A stretch of 64,000 bases of DNA from Convolutriloba macropyga (lineage: Eukaryota), in assembly GCF_964194025.1 (NCBI RefSeq), contig NC_134481.1:32984001-33048000 (forward strand), read 5' to 3'. Shown piece after piece: positions 26,399 to 37,173 of the stretch; positions within the stretch are counted from its first letter, which is position 1, and every line of letters begins with the position of its first letter. The notes beneath the pieces are model-generated. The model saw only the letters and a program-made list of their open reading frames with translations. It was not told the origin of the DNA and did not search any database. Made by a program: the position numbers and the translations under genes.

Positions 26399-28095
26399 AA
26401 TTATAGAGTCGTATCATACACATCAAAAAAAATTATTGAGGGTGTATCATACACAGTGAATTATTGAGGTCGTATCATACATTGAATTCCTCAAACTCAA
26501 TTTTTTAACTAAAAATGTTCAGATGTTTTGTCTGCGCATTTTATCCAAGCCCAAAACAGACCTGCTTGCTGAATATTGACTCTGCACAAAAGATAAAAAC
26601 CAATAATAATTGACCACAAAGTTTGCATAGCAAATTCTGAATTATTAAAGGCGCTTCATACACATTTTTGTGAATTGACCAAACTGGGCCTAAATTGTTA
26701 GGAACTACTTTACGAATTGAAAAAGGGACCTCTTTTAGAGCTCCTTTCTAAAGAAGGGCTGTTTTTGAGAATTTTTGAAAAAAATTATTTTTAATTATTA
26801 GGGCGCACTATACAGCCCAATTTTTGGAAAAAGTTGTTCCAACATTTCTTTATAGGACAAACTGGACATGCTGCAATCAGTCTCTTAAAACGTAGCTTTC
26901 TACCTTCAAATTTGGTCTTCCACACTTATCAGTGGCATACCAAGCGATACCCGCCTTTAACACAGCGACATCCTTGGCATCTATGTACATATCATGTTTT
27001 CATCAGTAATAATGTTTTTCATTTGCCAATTTAAATTCAATCAGTTTTTTGAAGTACTTGGCTCGCGTCAACCTCGTTCTCCGGTAGGAAAATACAAAGT
27101 CACCCTTCTGAATTGAATCTCTGGCAAAAAAATTCGTAATTTTTATCAAGGAAAATTTTTAAAAAATTTTTTAGGAAAATTTCTCTTATGATATTTCTCT
27201 ACGTCATCTTTGTTCGCTTCTTCAAAACTATGCAAATTATGCTTCTCGTTTCTCTCTTTGGTTTCGCTGAGTGAACTGAGCGAAGCAGCGGTAATTGAAT
27301 TATCTAGTTCATCAAGCAAGCACAATTTATCTAGTGATCTATCAAATATGATATCAAATTCTGAATCAAAACCATCCATTTTGAACTGAAATCAAAACAG
27401 TTTGTCAAGATCAGTGTAAAGTGTAACATCTGAAGGTTTGCAGTGGAATATAGGAGACAAAACTACCGCTAACAGCAGGTTGTCTTAAGAATATGCCGTC
27501 GGAAACAAAGTTTTTAAAAAATTTATCTTAATCTGCATATAGATGTTTTTCGACGTCATTTTTGTTGTCCATTTTTCAGAACCTCGCAAACCACGCTTTT
27601 CGTTGCTCTCTTTGGATTCTAAGAGTGAACTTAGTGTAGCGACGCTAATTGGGTTATCTAGTTCATCAAATAACCATAATTCCAGTGATAAACTATCAAC
27701 TTTGGTATCAAATTCTGAATGAAAATCATCCATTTTGAACTGAAATCAAAACAATTTGTCAAAATCAGTTTTATGCTTAACATCAGAAGGATTGCATTGG
27801 AATGTATTAGGCAGATATATTGCTAAAAGCAGGTTGCCTGACGAATAAGGGCGTGCTCCGAACAGAACAACACATTTACAACTAAGTGAAAGTAATGTTT
27901 TCAGCAAAAAAACCTCACATAATAACATCGTTACTACGGTACAAACTTGCTGTTACAAGGAGCGAAACCCTAAAGCCCAGTAGAAAGCGCTGTTGCTACT
28001 TTTGTGGGAAAAAATCAAGTTTTTTACAAAAAAATAACCTCAGAGAATTTTTTTGTATGATACGCCCTCAATAATTTTTTTTTAGTAATAATAAT
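26397..28095. mobile_element. Unclassified TIR-type DNA transposon derivative with subterminal repeats and an internal ~354-bp duplication
   Basis: ATTATTGAGGG(C/T)GTATCATACA-type motif occurs three times at 26400-26482 and inverted (TGTATGATACGCCCTCAATAAT) at 28053-28075. Flanked by ATT/AAT repeats. 27146-27480 is duplicated at 27500-27835. Confidence 0.5.
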
Positions 28096-28274
28096 TCTTG
28101 AAAAAATTTGAGCACCGTTGGGGCTCAATTTTTTTTCTGTCGATGAAATTGGACCTACAATCCAAATCTGTGTTCAAAATTTCATTCAAAAAAGCGGTTG
28201 GCTCAGGGTTTTCCGAGGGCGTATCATACAATGATATTTCAAATCCGGCCAGGGCGCATCATACACTTTATCAT

Positions 28275-28529
28275 NNNNNNNNNNNNNNNNNNNNNNNNNN
28301 NNNNNNNNNNNNNNNNNNNNNNNNNNNNNNNNNNNNNNNNNNNNNNNNNNNNNNNNNNNNNNNNNNNNNNNNNNNNNNNNNNNNNNNNNNNNNNNNNNNN
28401 NNNNNNNNNNNNNNNNNNNNNNNNNNNNNNNNNNNNNNNNNNNNNNNNNNNNNNNNNNNNNNNNNNNNNNNNNNNNNNNNNNNNNNNNNNNNNNNNNNNN
28501 NNNNNNNNNNNNNNNNNNNNNNNNNNNNN
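28275..28529. other. Assembly gap (255 N)
   Basis: Run of n. Confidence 1.
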
Positions 28530-28569
28530 GAAAGCGTAAACTATGTTTTGTGGACCATGATTCAGTTAC

Positions 28570-28718
28570 CTGATTTCTACAAAACCCGAGAGAGGGAAAT
28601 CTTTGCGGAGAGGGTGTCCTTCGAATCCGTAATCAGTCAAGATCCTCCTGAGGTCGGGGTGATTGGCGAAGAAGATACCGAACATGTCCCACAGCTCTCG
28701 CTCGTACCAGTCAGCCGC
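28570..28718 (-). CDS. NDUFS3: NDUFS3 exon 3
   Basis: ttacag|GCG acceptor and AG|GTAACT donor. [48 protein letters not shown] is the complex I 30-kDa subunit signature. Confidence 0.97.
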
Positions 28719-28946
28719 CTGTAAACAACTCAAAATTGGGAAAATATTGATCAAGTCAACAGGGATCATATTGACGCAATGATGGGAAATGAAAACACTG
28801 AAGGGACTGAATAAACCTTCGCTGTTTTGGTGAATTTGGCACAAAAGATCGCTAATTTATAGGCCAATAGTTTTGATATAGACCCTCAAGTAATTAGTTC
28901 TCATAAAACTGATTAAAAGCATCCTCGGTACCTAATCTATTAAAAG

Positions 28947-29019
28947 CATCCTCGGCGGGATTCGAACCCGCGACCTCTGGATTAGAAGTCCAGCGCGCTA
29001 TCCACTGCGCTACGAGGAC
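28947..29019 (-). tRNA. tRNA-Arg, anticodon TCT, intronless, within NDUFS3 intron 2
   Basis: GTCCTCGTAGCGCAGTGGATAGCGCGCTGGACTTCTAATCCAGAGGTCGCGGGTTCGAATCCCGCCGAGGATG. Acceptor stem GTCCTCG/CGAGGAT, anticodon stem CTGGA/TCCAG, GTTCGAATC T-loop, followed by TTTT. Confidence 0.96.
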
Positions 29020-29247
29020 TTGTCTTCTCTTTCCGGGTGGATTTTGGGTTTAATTGGTTCTTAATGATATCACTTTAACTTACGCAACATTACCAGTAAA
29101 TTTAAATCATAAAAACGAGCTGAAAACTCAAAAAAGATGGAGAGCAGCAAATGAAAGATCGAGGCAGTAAATAGCAACACAACTGTAACTGAAATCCATT
29201 TAAACTGTTCAAATCAAATTGAAGGTGATTATCATAACTAATATTAC

Positions 29248-29752
29248 AAACATAACCCACTAACTTCGGGCGAATTGCTCTCAAACGACCAGCGAGTGAG
29301 TGGGGGGGGGGGGGGGGGTTAAGAGCCGCCTTTCGCACCATGAAATTGTTGCCTCAAAACTGTTTTGGCGAATCGCATTATTAGAGACTGGTTAGGCGTA
29401 AGGTTCTGAGAGACTTTAATGCCCTCCGGGAGTTACATGTTTCTCCCGTTTTTGAAAGCGAAGCGAAAAATGAGTCAAGCGAGATATCGTATAAAAACAG
29501 CCGGTAGAATACCCGAAACGACTTGAAGAGTCGTGCAATAATTACCCAGGCTAATGTATTAGTACCCGGGCTAAATTCATCGAAAACCGAAGTCAACGTT
29601 CCAAAACAGAAGGCAACCTTCGAAAGCAGATGTCAAGACTCGAAAATTGAAAGTAGTGAACAAGCTTGCGTCAGCTAGAAAAAAAACTGTAGAATCTCAA
29701 TACTCAAGACCACAGGACTTATACAATTGCTACAAGTTTTCAGAGCAATTAA
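29248..29752 (-). mobile_element. Helentron/DINE-like family 2 copy
   Basis: AAACATAACCCACTAACTTCGGGCGAATTGCTCTCAAACGAC ... ACAATTGCTACAAGTTTTCAGAGCAATTAA; subterminal IR AATTGCTCT/AGAGCAATT. Confidence 0.7.
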
Positions 29753-31489
29753 TCATTAGGATATTACAATCACGAGAGACATCAAGGGCTCTTGTCTTGG
29801 TAGGCGGGGGGGGGGAGGTGTAGTTGGAAAGGGGCAGTTTTGTAGTCTTTGTGCGGGAGGTATGGGGTAGCTGAGGGAGGGCTTGGTGGATGAGGGGTGA
29901 GTTGAGGGCGGCGAGGTGTCTGCAGTTCAAATAGGGAGGAGAGACTTATGGCAAAACTTCTCATAATGATCTTTTCACTTTGAGTATTACCAGCAGCTCC
30001 TAATTTTATGTATTATTACCTAGGCTACTGTTAAAGTCCAATGTTCGAAAACAGAAGTCAACGTTCCAAAACAGAAGCCAACGTTCGAAAGCAGACGTCA
30101 AGACTCGAAAAGAAGAGTCAACATTTCAAGTCGTGAACAAACTTGCGTCAGCAAGAAAAACCTGTAGAATCAATCTCAATACTCCCCTTCGAGTCGTAAA
30201 AGACCACAATACTTATACAATTGCTACACGTTTTTGTCTGAGAGCAATTAATCATTAAGACATTAGAATCACGAGACATCGACAATGTTCCTTTGCTAAG
30301 GCAAAATGGAAAACCACCAAAATTAAGCTCCCATTGATTCCCATAAATAACCCCTGTTGAGATTTTAAAAAGAACAAAAACAAGCTAGCATATTGCCAGA
30401 AAATAGCCGACCGGTCTTCATAGATTTGCAGCTTCAAAAAGATAATAAAAGCAGGCCAAAGAAACTCCTTTTTTACAAAGCTGAGACGTTATACTTTCAA
30501 TCAGCAAGTACTTTGAACCGAACGAGAGAAGAATAAAATTACCCAAGGAAATTCATAAATATTTCACGCAAAATGTTGAACAAGCTGTGGTAGAAACTAA
30601 GGTAAAGCAAAACATATTTTTATTCGACGAAGTAAAAAAACCTAGCCGGAAAAACTCCGGAAACGAATCAAGGACACAAATACATAAATAGATAGGACAT
30701 AATAATTTGACAAAATCAGGTACTTTTGAGGAAAAATGAAAAACTCCAGATATTGACAAAAAATTCCAACTTTTCGATATCTTGTCACAGTTCTCAGCAA
30801 AAACACCGTTTTATAGTATCAAAACCGTGCTTGATTCAAAAATTATCTGTGAGCAATCCGTTTCTATTCACACACCAATGAAGGCAATGAAATCAAGCAA
30901 TAGGCAAAACGATTCAATAGTCTTAAAAACCACAAAATGGTCGAAAACCTCCAAATTAGCACAAAAACCATATTAATTACCAAAGTACTTAAAAAAACTA
31001 TCACTTCAAACTTAATAACAATTAATATAGCTGAGGCAAATCTCTCAACTGAAAAAAAAGTTAAAACGAAAAATTCCTTAAGAAGCGGCATGTGAACAAA
31101 AAAGAAGGCTAACTTGAAAAAAAATCTTTCGCACATCAATTTCTCACTCTCTCGAAAATAATGGTATGAACAAGAAAGCGGTATCTTTTTGCTTCACTCT
31201 CTAATTTGTTTAACACTCAAACCACACCAATTTTTTTGCGTTGTTTCCGCTTGAAAATTGAATCCAATAAAACTGATTTTAAAAGAGACTTCTCCAATAC
31301 TCCTCTTCGAATCGTTAAAATAGGCCTGCTAGAATAGCCTGCTGAAATGAGCGCAGCAGTAAGAAATAAAATCAATTAATTTTAATGCTTACGAAACTTA
31401 GCAGGAATCAGGGCAAGTTGAAAAAAATAATCTGCCTAAAACATTACAACGAATCTTGCAAAAATAGATGGGACAGAGCATGCTCTAAC

Positions 31490-31731
31490 CTTATGAACAC
31501 TGTAAATGCTTTCCACAGGCGTCAGCTCATCGGTGTATGTCTTCACTCTAACCCTGGAGTTGTATCTGAGACTGAGCAGATTGTAGATAAGTTCGAACCT
31601 GTAAGGCCTCCCGGGCACATCGATCGCTGTCAAGTCTGCCAGACTCTTGAACTGCGCATTGTGATGGTCTTTGAGGAACATAATGACTGGCACCACTCCA
31701 TCCGGGTGGATACATAGTTCCAGTTCATCAC
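31490..31731 (-). CDS. NDUFS3: NDUFS3 exon 2
   Basis: ttatag|GT acceptor and AAG|GTTAGA donor. [74 protein letters not shown]. Confidence 0.97.
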
Positions 31732-32093
31732 CTATAAACAAAAGCGAGACCCATCATTACGGACCGCTGTCGTGTATGAATACGCGTTTTTCAAAATTTT
31801 ATTCCGCGTCGAATTATACAATTCTTTTATTTGATACAATCTTTTAGAGTTATCAATGAATGACAGCATTTTCTTTTCACTTTATCCAGGGATCGATAAT
31901 TAAGGATTTTCCAAATATCCCAGCCAAGATTTAACAATCCTAAGCATTTTAGTACCCTTTAACTTTTTTGACCAAAATTTCAACACATCCTTTGGGTCCG
32001 TATTTTAAAGAAAACGTCTAAATTTCCCTCTGAGACCCCTGACTGCTTCTTAAAATTTTGCTGTCGCTTTTAATTGATAACAAGAAAAATTAC

Positions 32094-32331
32094 CGTGTTG
32101 TATCATAACTCTTTGCACGTATTTCGGCAGGCAATCAGCAACATACTGTCCGAATGTTCTCAAACGTTCCGTGGTTTCAACTGGTACTTTTGTACGGTGC
32201 AATGAATTCTCACTGCTGCTAGTTGTTGCTGCAGTTCTGTAAGATGTAATTGATAAAAATTTGGGAGCGGAAAATGTCCACGATCGCTGCAGAGACTCAG
32301 AAGTAATGCCAAGAAGCTTTCGAATTGACAT
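32094..32331 (-). CDS. NDUFS3: NDUFS3 exon 1 (mitochondrial targeting peptide)
   Basis: ATG at 32331, an R/S-rich presequence, then LRTFGQYVADCLPKYVQRV. Donor G|GTAATT (phase 1) matches exon 2. Confidence 0.94.
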
Positions 32332-33295
32332 TCTTTATCTGAAAATCGAAATGATAATTAACAAACAGCCCTGAAAATTATGTTTGCGTGAAAGTTACAG
32401 TTTAAATATTTCAGCCGTCAAGATGAAATTAACACTTTTGTTTATTGTCAAGCTATTATCTCTGAACGCTAGAGGGAATGGTTAATAATTATTATCAAAT
32501 TTTGCATTTCTCTACCTAGGAATCAGTAGTAACTAATAGCAAAAAAATCCGGTTACGCAGACAAGCTAATAAGAAGTACATTTTTTTGATTTGAGACATT
32601 TTGTTATTTCTGCAAAACTATCGCAAAAAAGCCGTAGATAAAGCTTCATTGTTGCATCGCAACCAGTGATAACCAACATTCCAACAGTGGGCAAATCAGG
32701 TCAAACAGTTGCTCAGTTCCATTTTATTTAAAATCTCGGAATAAAAAACAATTTTGAATTTTTTTTAGAAATTTAAAATTTTTAAAGCTAAGTTTTCTGT
32801 AACATTCAAATTGGTTACACTTATTGGGACAAATATTGGGGGTTAATATTCAGAACAATTTAAGTTTCTTTGCTGATAAATTCAATTACAAAAGTTGCAT
32901 ATCAATCAGATGAAATAAACTATATTAAAAATTTATGAAATGTTTTAGCACGTACCAAATAGGCAAACTAAACTTATCTATCTAGAGCAAACTGGGCACT
33001 CTCAAATTAGCCTCGAATTTGTTTGTAGAAGACATTAGCGTAAAGAGGAAAAATTACGGGTCTTAATGTTGTACCCTGTCGAAGAACACTATGGTAAGCA
33101 GTTTTATCCGATAACATGACAAGAAGTTAAAGTCGAGCTCGATTCGATTTTTTTTATAAAACGACAATTATGAAAAACTAAAACTATCAATTTTTTAAAG
33201 AAAAAATCATGCAAAAATACATTGAAACCTTTAGCAACATCTAAAAGTGATCTATTTCATAATAATTTCCCAAGTGACTTATTAGCCTCTTAGTT

Positions 33296-33622
33296 AAACA
33301 TAAACCGACTAACGTCGCTCAAATTGCTCTCGAACGACAGGCGGGGCAATTTAATTCAGATGGAGGGATTTCTAGCACGTGATCTGGATAAAAATCTGCG
33401 ACACTAACCACTACCCTTCGGAGCTTTGCACCGTAATTGCTTAGGTCGCTTTCGTCTCAGCAACAGAAATAAATTCTGAATGAGAGCAAATTAGACCAGG
33501 CAAAAATCAAGTCAAGCATGAGAAAGACACTCGAGAAGTGAAATAAAAATTCTCTAGAAAAAATTTTCATAAAGAGACATGTTTACAAAAAATGACTCAC
33601 ACTTCGTTCGAGAGCAAATTAA
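33296..33622 (-). mobile_element. Helentron/DINE-like family 2, short variant
   Basis: AAACATAAACCGACTAACGTCGCTCAAATTGCTCTCGAACGAC ... GTTCGAGAGCAAATTAA, with a different interior. Confidence 0.55.
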
Positions 33623-34607
33623 ATAAGCGTAGCTTGTGTTAAAGACTCAGTACTTTGATAGCTAAAGTATTTTGTTTCAGTATTTTGTTTCGCCGTTCAC
33701 CAGTTTATTCAAGGTCTTCCAAGAAACGATTGATCAGAAGTCTGTCCAATTCGTCAATGATTTTTTACAAATCCAACGATGTCAAGAAATAAACTTTTTG
33801 TTGAAATATTAAAAGAAACACTTCGGCCATTGAAGATGCCCATTTCTCTAGAAGCATAGGACTTCTTCCACAAAACCACCTTTGCTGTTCTTTGATCTAT
33901 TTCTTCCAGTAAAACCCCATTTTTGTTTTTGAGCTTTTGAAGAATTCATTCAAATAAATATTCTTGTTGCAGCTCTACACACTTTCCATTAGCCAAATTC
34001 CTCCACTTTTGAATGATGCCAGCACGTCATTTTTTCATCGTTTTAAACAGGTAAAAACGGATGTTTTTTAAAAAAAAACAAATCAGTTTCTGGTTTTAGT
34101 TATTACTCACTGTTTTATCAACAATTTTTCCTCGGAACGATGAGCCAGTTCAATCTCGATTGGTGCGTGTACATCAAGAATACAATTCGTATCAATCAGA
34201 TAAAAATGAACCATAAAAAGGAGAGTTGTTGCTTTTTCATGACAAACTTATTTTAGGAGCTACAAAAAATGTATTTTTTTCGGAGATCATGCTTTAAAAT
34301 GCTAACAGTTCGAACATAGTACATGACCTCGCTTCCGGAAAGAAACAGAAAAATATATTTAAAAAACAGAATAAATTATACTAATTTTGATTTCCCTTAC
34401 ACCTGCTATAATTAATGACGCAGAAGTTCTTCACCTTCAACATATACGAAAGAGAATTTCTATTGCAATGAATTCAAGCATATATAATTTTCTACCATAA
34501 AAAATAATGCCGTTTTTCCGCAGTTAGGCAATAGCACCAGAACTTACATATTAACTAAGTGAGCAATGTTTACTAATATATTGTGAAATAAATTAGTTGC
34601 TTTTAAA

Positions 34608-36149
34608 TTATTTCAGTTTAGGACTGTTATCCAGGCTATGTTCTTCAGAACTTGAAAGTGTGGCCTCCATTTCTGACAAAATTCGATCAATGCTCTCATA
34701 CACGCAATCAGAGTCTTCCTTGTTGAAACACATTGGCGGCTTAAACTTGACCACAGAATTGAACCTCCCGTCAAGATTGATCAGAATCCGATCTTCTCGC
34801 ATCATTCGCATCTGAAGATCATCAGCTTCCTTGGTAGCTGGTTCAAGCGTACCTTTCTTTCGAATGAGTTCGAAACCCACAAATAGTCCTTGTCCACGCA
34901 CATCGGCTATCATCCAGTGTTTTTGTTTCAGTTTCTCGAGCAGATGCTTTAAATAATTGCCAACTTCAAGCGCATGTTGTTGAAGCCTTTCTTTCTCAAT
35001 TATTTCGAGGACTGACAGACCAGCTGCCATAGCACACGGCGCACCTCCGAAAGTATTGAAATAGGTTCGTTTTCCAGCGCAAAAAGCGTTAGCGACATTC
35101 TCAGTAACAACTAACGCACTGAGCGGATATCCGTTTGCGATCGGCTTTCCAACAGATACAATATCTGGCACCACCTCATGCATCTCAAATGCCCAGAAAT
35201 GGGTTCCAATTCTTCCGAAGCCCGTCTGGACTTCATCGGCGATTGTCAAGATATCCTCTTTACGGAGAAGCTCGTAAACTCGTTTCAAGTAATTCTTGGG
35301 GAAAACGATTTGACCAGCACACGAAGGCAATGACTCGGCTATGAAAGCTGCAATAGAACACTTTCCGTTTTCATCTCTCTCGCTTTCAATTATATCTGCA
35401 ACTGAGTTCACATAAGCATTGCATTGCTCCGTTTCGTCTTGAATATGGGCAAACTTCCCTCTTAAAGGGTCCGGAATGGGCACCAGCTTGACATAGTCAT
35501 TCTTTCCAAGATCGGCGAATCCATAAGGAAGCTTTCCGTCTTTTTTCTTGTAATCCGAGAGACGCATCGTCGTTTCCAAGTGACCATGGTACGCCATTTC
35601 TAGACACATAATCTTCTGTCGTTTGCCTTTATGGTACGCTCTTGACATTTGCACAGCTAAATCAATCGCTTCAGAGCCGGAGTTTGCAAAATAACAAAAG
35701 TCTAAACCTTCAGGGAATTTGTCTGTCAATTTCTTAGCATAAAGTGAATGTTTGTCACTAAGAAAGCGACTGTTTACGTTGAGAGTCAACATTTGCTTGT
35801 AAACGGCTTCTGCAACTTCGGGGTGCGAATGTCCCACGTGGTTCACATTGGAATTACAGTCCAGGTATTGATTTCCCTCTTCGTCATAGAGATATTGACC
35901 TTTCCCTCTGATAATTTTAAGAGGATCTTCTTTGAAAAATATATCTACATTTGGTCCGACATGTTCCTGTCTTAGCCGTTTTGTTTCGTTTTTAAGAAGT
36001 GTTATTTCTTTTTCGTTTGAGACGTCAGCTGAACGTTTCGGGTTTTCAGTTTGTGTGAAATCATTGTTGTTGTTGTTGATCGGTGTTGAAACTTTGTTGA
36101 TTCCGCGCTTTAAAGTCACGTCAGGTGCCATTAAGCAAACTGAAGCCAT
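34608..36149 (-). CDS. Ethanolamine-phosphate phospho-lyase / 5-phosphohydroxylysine phospho-lyase-like protein (AGXT2L family, class-III PLP fold), intronless, 513 aa
   Basis: PLKIIRGKGQYLYDEEGNQYLDC, HVGHSHP, ANSGSEA, AYHGH, AAFIAESLPSCAGQI, ADEVQTGFGRIG, SVGKPIANG (PLP lysine), YFNTFGG, KFKPPMCF. ETNPPL and PHYKPL cannot be distinguished by eye. Confidence 0.9.
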   Translation of the reverse strand: MASVCLMAPDVTLKRGINKVSTPINNNNNDFTQTENPKRSADVSNEKEITLLKNETKRLRQEHVGPNVDIFFKEDPLKIIRGKGQYLYDEEGNQYLDCNSNVNHVGHSHPEVAEAVYKQMLTLNVNSRFLSDKHSLYAKKLTDKFPEGLDFCYFANSGSEAIDLAVQMSRAYHKGKRQKIMCLEMAYHGHLETTMRLSDYKKKDGKLPYGFADLGKNDYVKLVPIPDPLRGKFAHIQDETEQCNAYVNSVADIIESERDENGKCSIAAFIAESLPSCAGQIVFPKNYLKRVYELLRKEDILTIADEVQTGFGRIGTHFWAFEMHEVVPDIVSVGKPIANGYPLSALVVTENVANAFCAGKRTYFNTFGGAPCAMAAGLSVLEIIEKERLQQHALEVGNYLKHLLEKLKQKHWMIADVRGQGLFVGFELIRKKGTLEPATKEADDLQMRMMREDRILINLDGRFNSVVKFKPPMCFNKEDSDCVYESIDRILSEMEATLSSSEEHSLDNSPKLK

Positions 36150-37173
36150 TTCTATCGTTCACAGCACTTAGTGATATATCAGAAAAACGAGAAAATTATT
36201 AATCAAGGACTAGTTCAGATCAGTTCAAAGGAAGAAGAACTTGACTTAATCAGAATATGTTATAAAATGGAGGTGAAATCGTGAACGCAGACGCTTCAGA
36301 TTGAGTTATCAGTTGTGGTTTCACTTATAAACAATAGAGGATGGTACCATTAATGATTTGCAAATAGAATCACAAACTATCTATTGTTAAGTGATATCAT
36401 GTGATGGAATAGTTATGTATTCATTCAGTTCTCAATGACCTCAATTGATGTGGGGCGATCTCAATCAATTTTCGTGACCTCGCGTGACTACCAAAAAAGA
36501 TACGCTGAGATCTGACCCGATTGCCATAAATAGAAATATCACACCACTTCGTCTTTGATGCTAACGTAGAGACACATCATAACATTGGGTGATTGCAACA
36601 AAATGATCACTATAGCAGCATTTTGGATCCGTAGAATCTTCAGTTTTTTGTTTCTTAAGCAAACAATTAGACAATTTACAAACCACCAAAAAATACAACG
36701 AATTAAATGAAAATCTTGTAAAAAAAACTCTGAATTGACCACCATACAAAATGTAAAGATCCAACAAAATAAGTTGCAATTGAAAATGGTAGGACTGTGA
36801 ACTTTCGCAGGCGAAAAAAAGCGTTTTAATCTAATTTCGAAAAATTAATTTCTCAAGAATGAGAGAATATCAAATACTGATATTTACAGTACGAATTTAG
36901 AGATTAGGGACCTGATTAATAGATCAGGATCATTTAATTTGGGAACTGAAAAGGCTCAGAAGCTGCTCGTATATGAAGTCACGTATCAATGAGAAAATTA
37001 TATAAATTGCAATCTTATCACAATGACGAGTAAATATTTTTGCTCTTGAGCTAAATTTAAATCATTTGTTTTTTTTCAGTTATTTGTTTCCACTTCGCTG
37101 TTGAAATATCTTGGTCAAATTCACATATTCCTTAAATCTAAGTTTTTCATGATACTGAAATCAAATTTCAAGT

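Noticed and set aside
26243-26467. Poly-Tyr and poly-Ile ORFs
   Set aside because: Translation artefacts of the (ATT)n microsatellite.
26400-26482. CRISPR-like short repeats with spacers
   Set aside because: Only three degenerate units with very short spacers, an inverted copy 1.6 kb away, eukaryotic context and no cas genes; better explained as transposon subterminal repeats.
28098-28724. 208-aa and 113-aa plus-strand ORFs
   Set aside because: Open only because they span the N gap; the distal part is antisense to NDUFS3 exon 3.
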